Shown one piece after another: positions 37,434-37,509 of a stretch of 37,509 bases of DNA. The notes beneath the pieces are model-generated. The model saw only the letters and a program-made list of their open reading frames with translations. It searched no databases and had not been told where the DNA came from. The translations under genes were made by a program, and so were the position numbers. The first letter of the stretch is position 1, and every line of letters starts with the position of its first letter. This DNA comes from Candidatus Azambacteria bacterium GW2011_GWA2_42_9. Lineage in GTDB: Bacteria; Patescibacteriota; Minisyncoccia; UBA10092. The stretch is taken from NCBI GenBank assembly GCA_000994805.1, contig LCEQ01000004.1, positions 1 through 37,509 on the forward strand. The letters are read 5' to 3'.

Positions 37434-37509
37434 AAGCGTTTTTATCTAATTTATCCAAGTTTTGGTTTTAAAATTAAGTAAGGTTAAGTTATGAAAATTT
37501 GTTATCTGA

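Noticed and set aside
37491-37509. Possible start of a further + strand gene (ATGAAAATTTGTTATCTGA...)
   Set aside because: Only 19 nt are visible, which is too short to support a call.

Overview
This AT-rich bacterial window is almost entirely one very large cell-envelope glycosylation locus. By eye most lines are about 30-40% G+C.

Layout:
- 3-749: the 3' end of a beta-helix surface protein.
- 756-1337: a small HTH protein.
- 1338-1928: an unusual 590-bp intergenic region. It holds a 16-bp perfect hairpin, a roughly 118-nt GC-rich multi-hairpin island, two perfect DnaA boxes plus one variant, and promoter-like hexamers.
- 1929-5194: a conspicuously GC-richer gene of about 1,090 codons for a surface-layer-like protein. 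It has a signal peptide, a coiled coil, a PG_binding_1-like domain and repeated T/S/G/A/V-rich beta-sandwich-like modules. It is broken into three reading frames.
- 5341-36867: about 31 kb of glycosylation genes.
- 36982-37398: a YerC/TrpR-like gene bracketed by two identical 28-bp perfect palindromes.

The glycosylation stretch contains:
- six polytopic GT-C/O-antigen-ligase-like membrane proteins;
- two Dpm1-like GT2 polyprenol-phosphate glycosyltransferases;
- six GT4 enzymes;
- a GT9 (heptosyltransferase-like) module fused in frame to a GT-C module;
- four SAM methyltransferases, one of them an NDP-hexose C-methyltransferase type;
- a DUF2334 deacetylase-like protein and a YdcF/DUF218-like protein;
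- a dTDP-6-deoxyhexose branch: RmlB, a short RmlC-like cupin, two RmlD paralogues and an extra SDR;
- a CDP-3,6-dideoxyhexose branch: RfbF, RfbG and an RfbH/ColD-like 3-dehydratase on the minus strand, with an RfbE-like epimerase on the plus strand.

Genes 8598-29599 form one co-directional block with 0-12-nt gaps or overlaps, apart from two gaps of 41 and 103 nt.

I saw no transposase, integrase, CRISPR array, rRNA or tRNA. TGA acts as a stop at the ATGA-type overlaps, so this is the standard code.

The gene content and style resemble Patescibacteria/CPR-type genomes, but that taxonomy is inference only.

Main things worth a second look:
- the GT-C-centred, apparently Wzx/Wzy/PGT-less glycosylation architecture beside the surface protein;
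- three clear frame disruptions in two envelope genes, plus a possible fourth in a third;
- 7/14-nt tandem repeat tracts inside four glycosylation genes, which are candidate phase-variation sites;
- the GT-C/GT9 fusion;
- an Fe-S-less 3-dehydratase with no E3 reductase;
- the DnaA-box cluster, the GC-rich structured island and the palindrome family.
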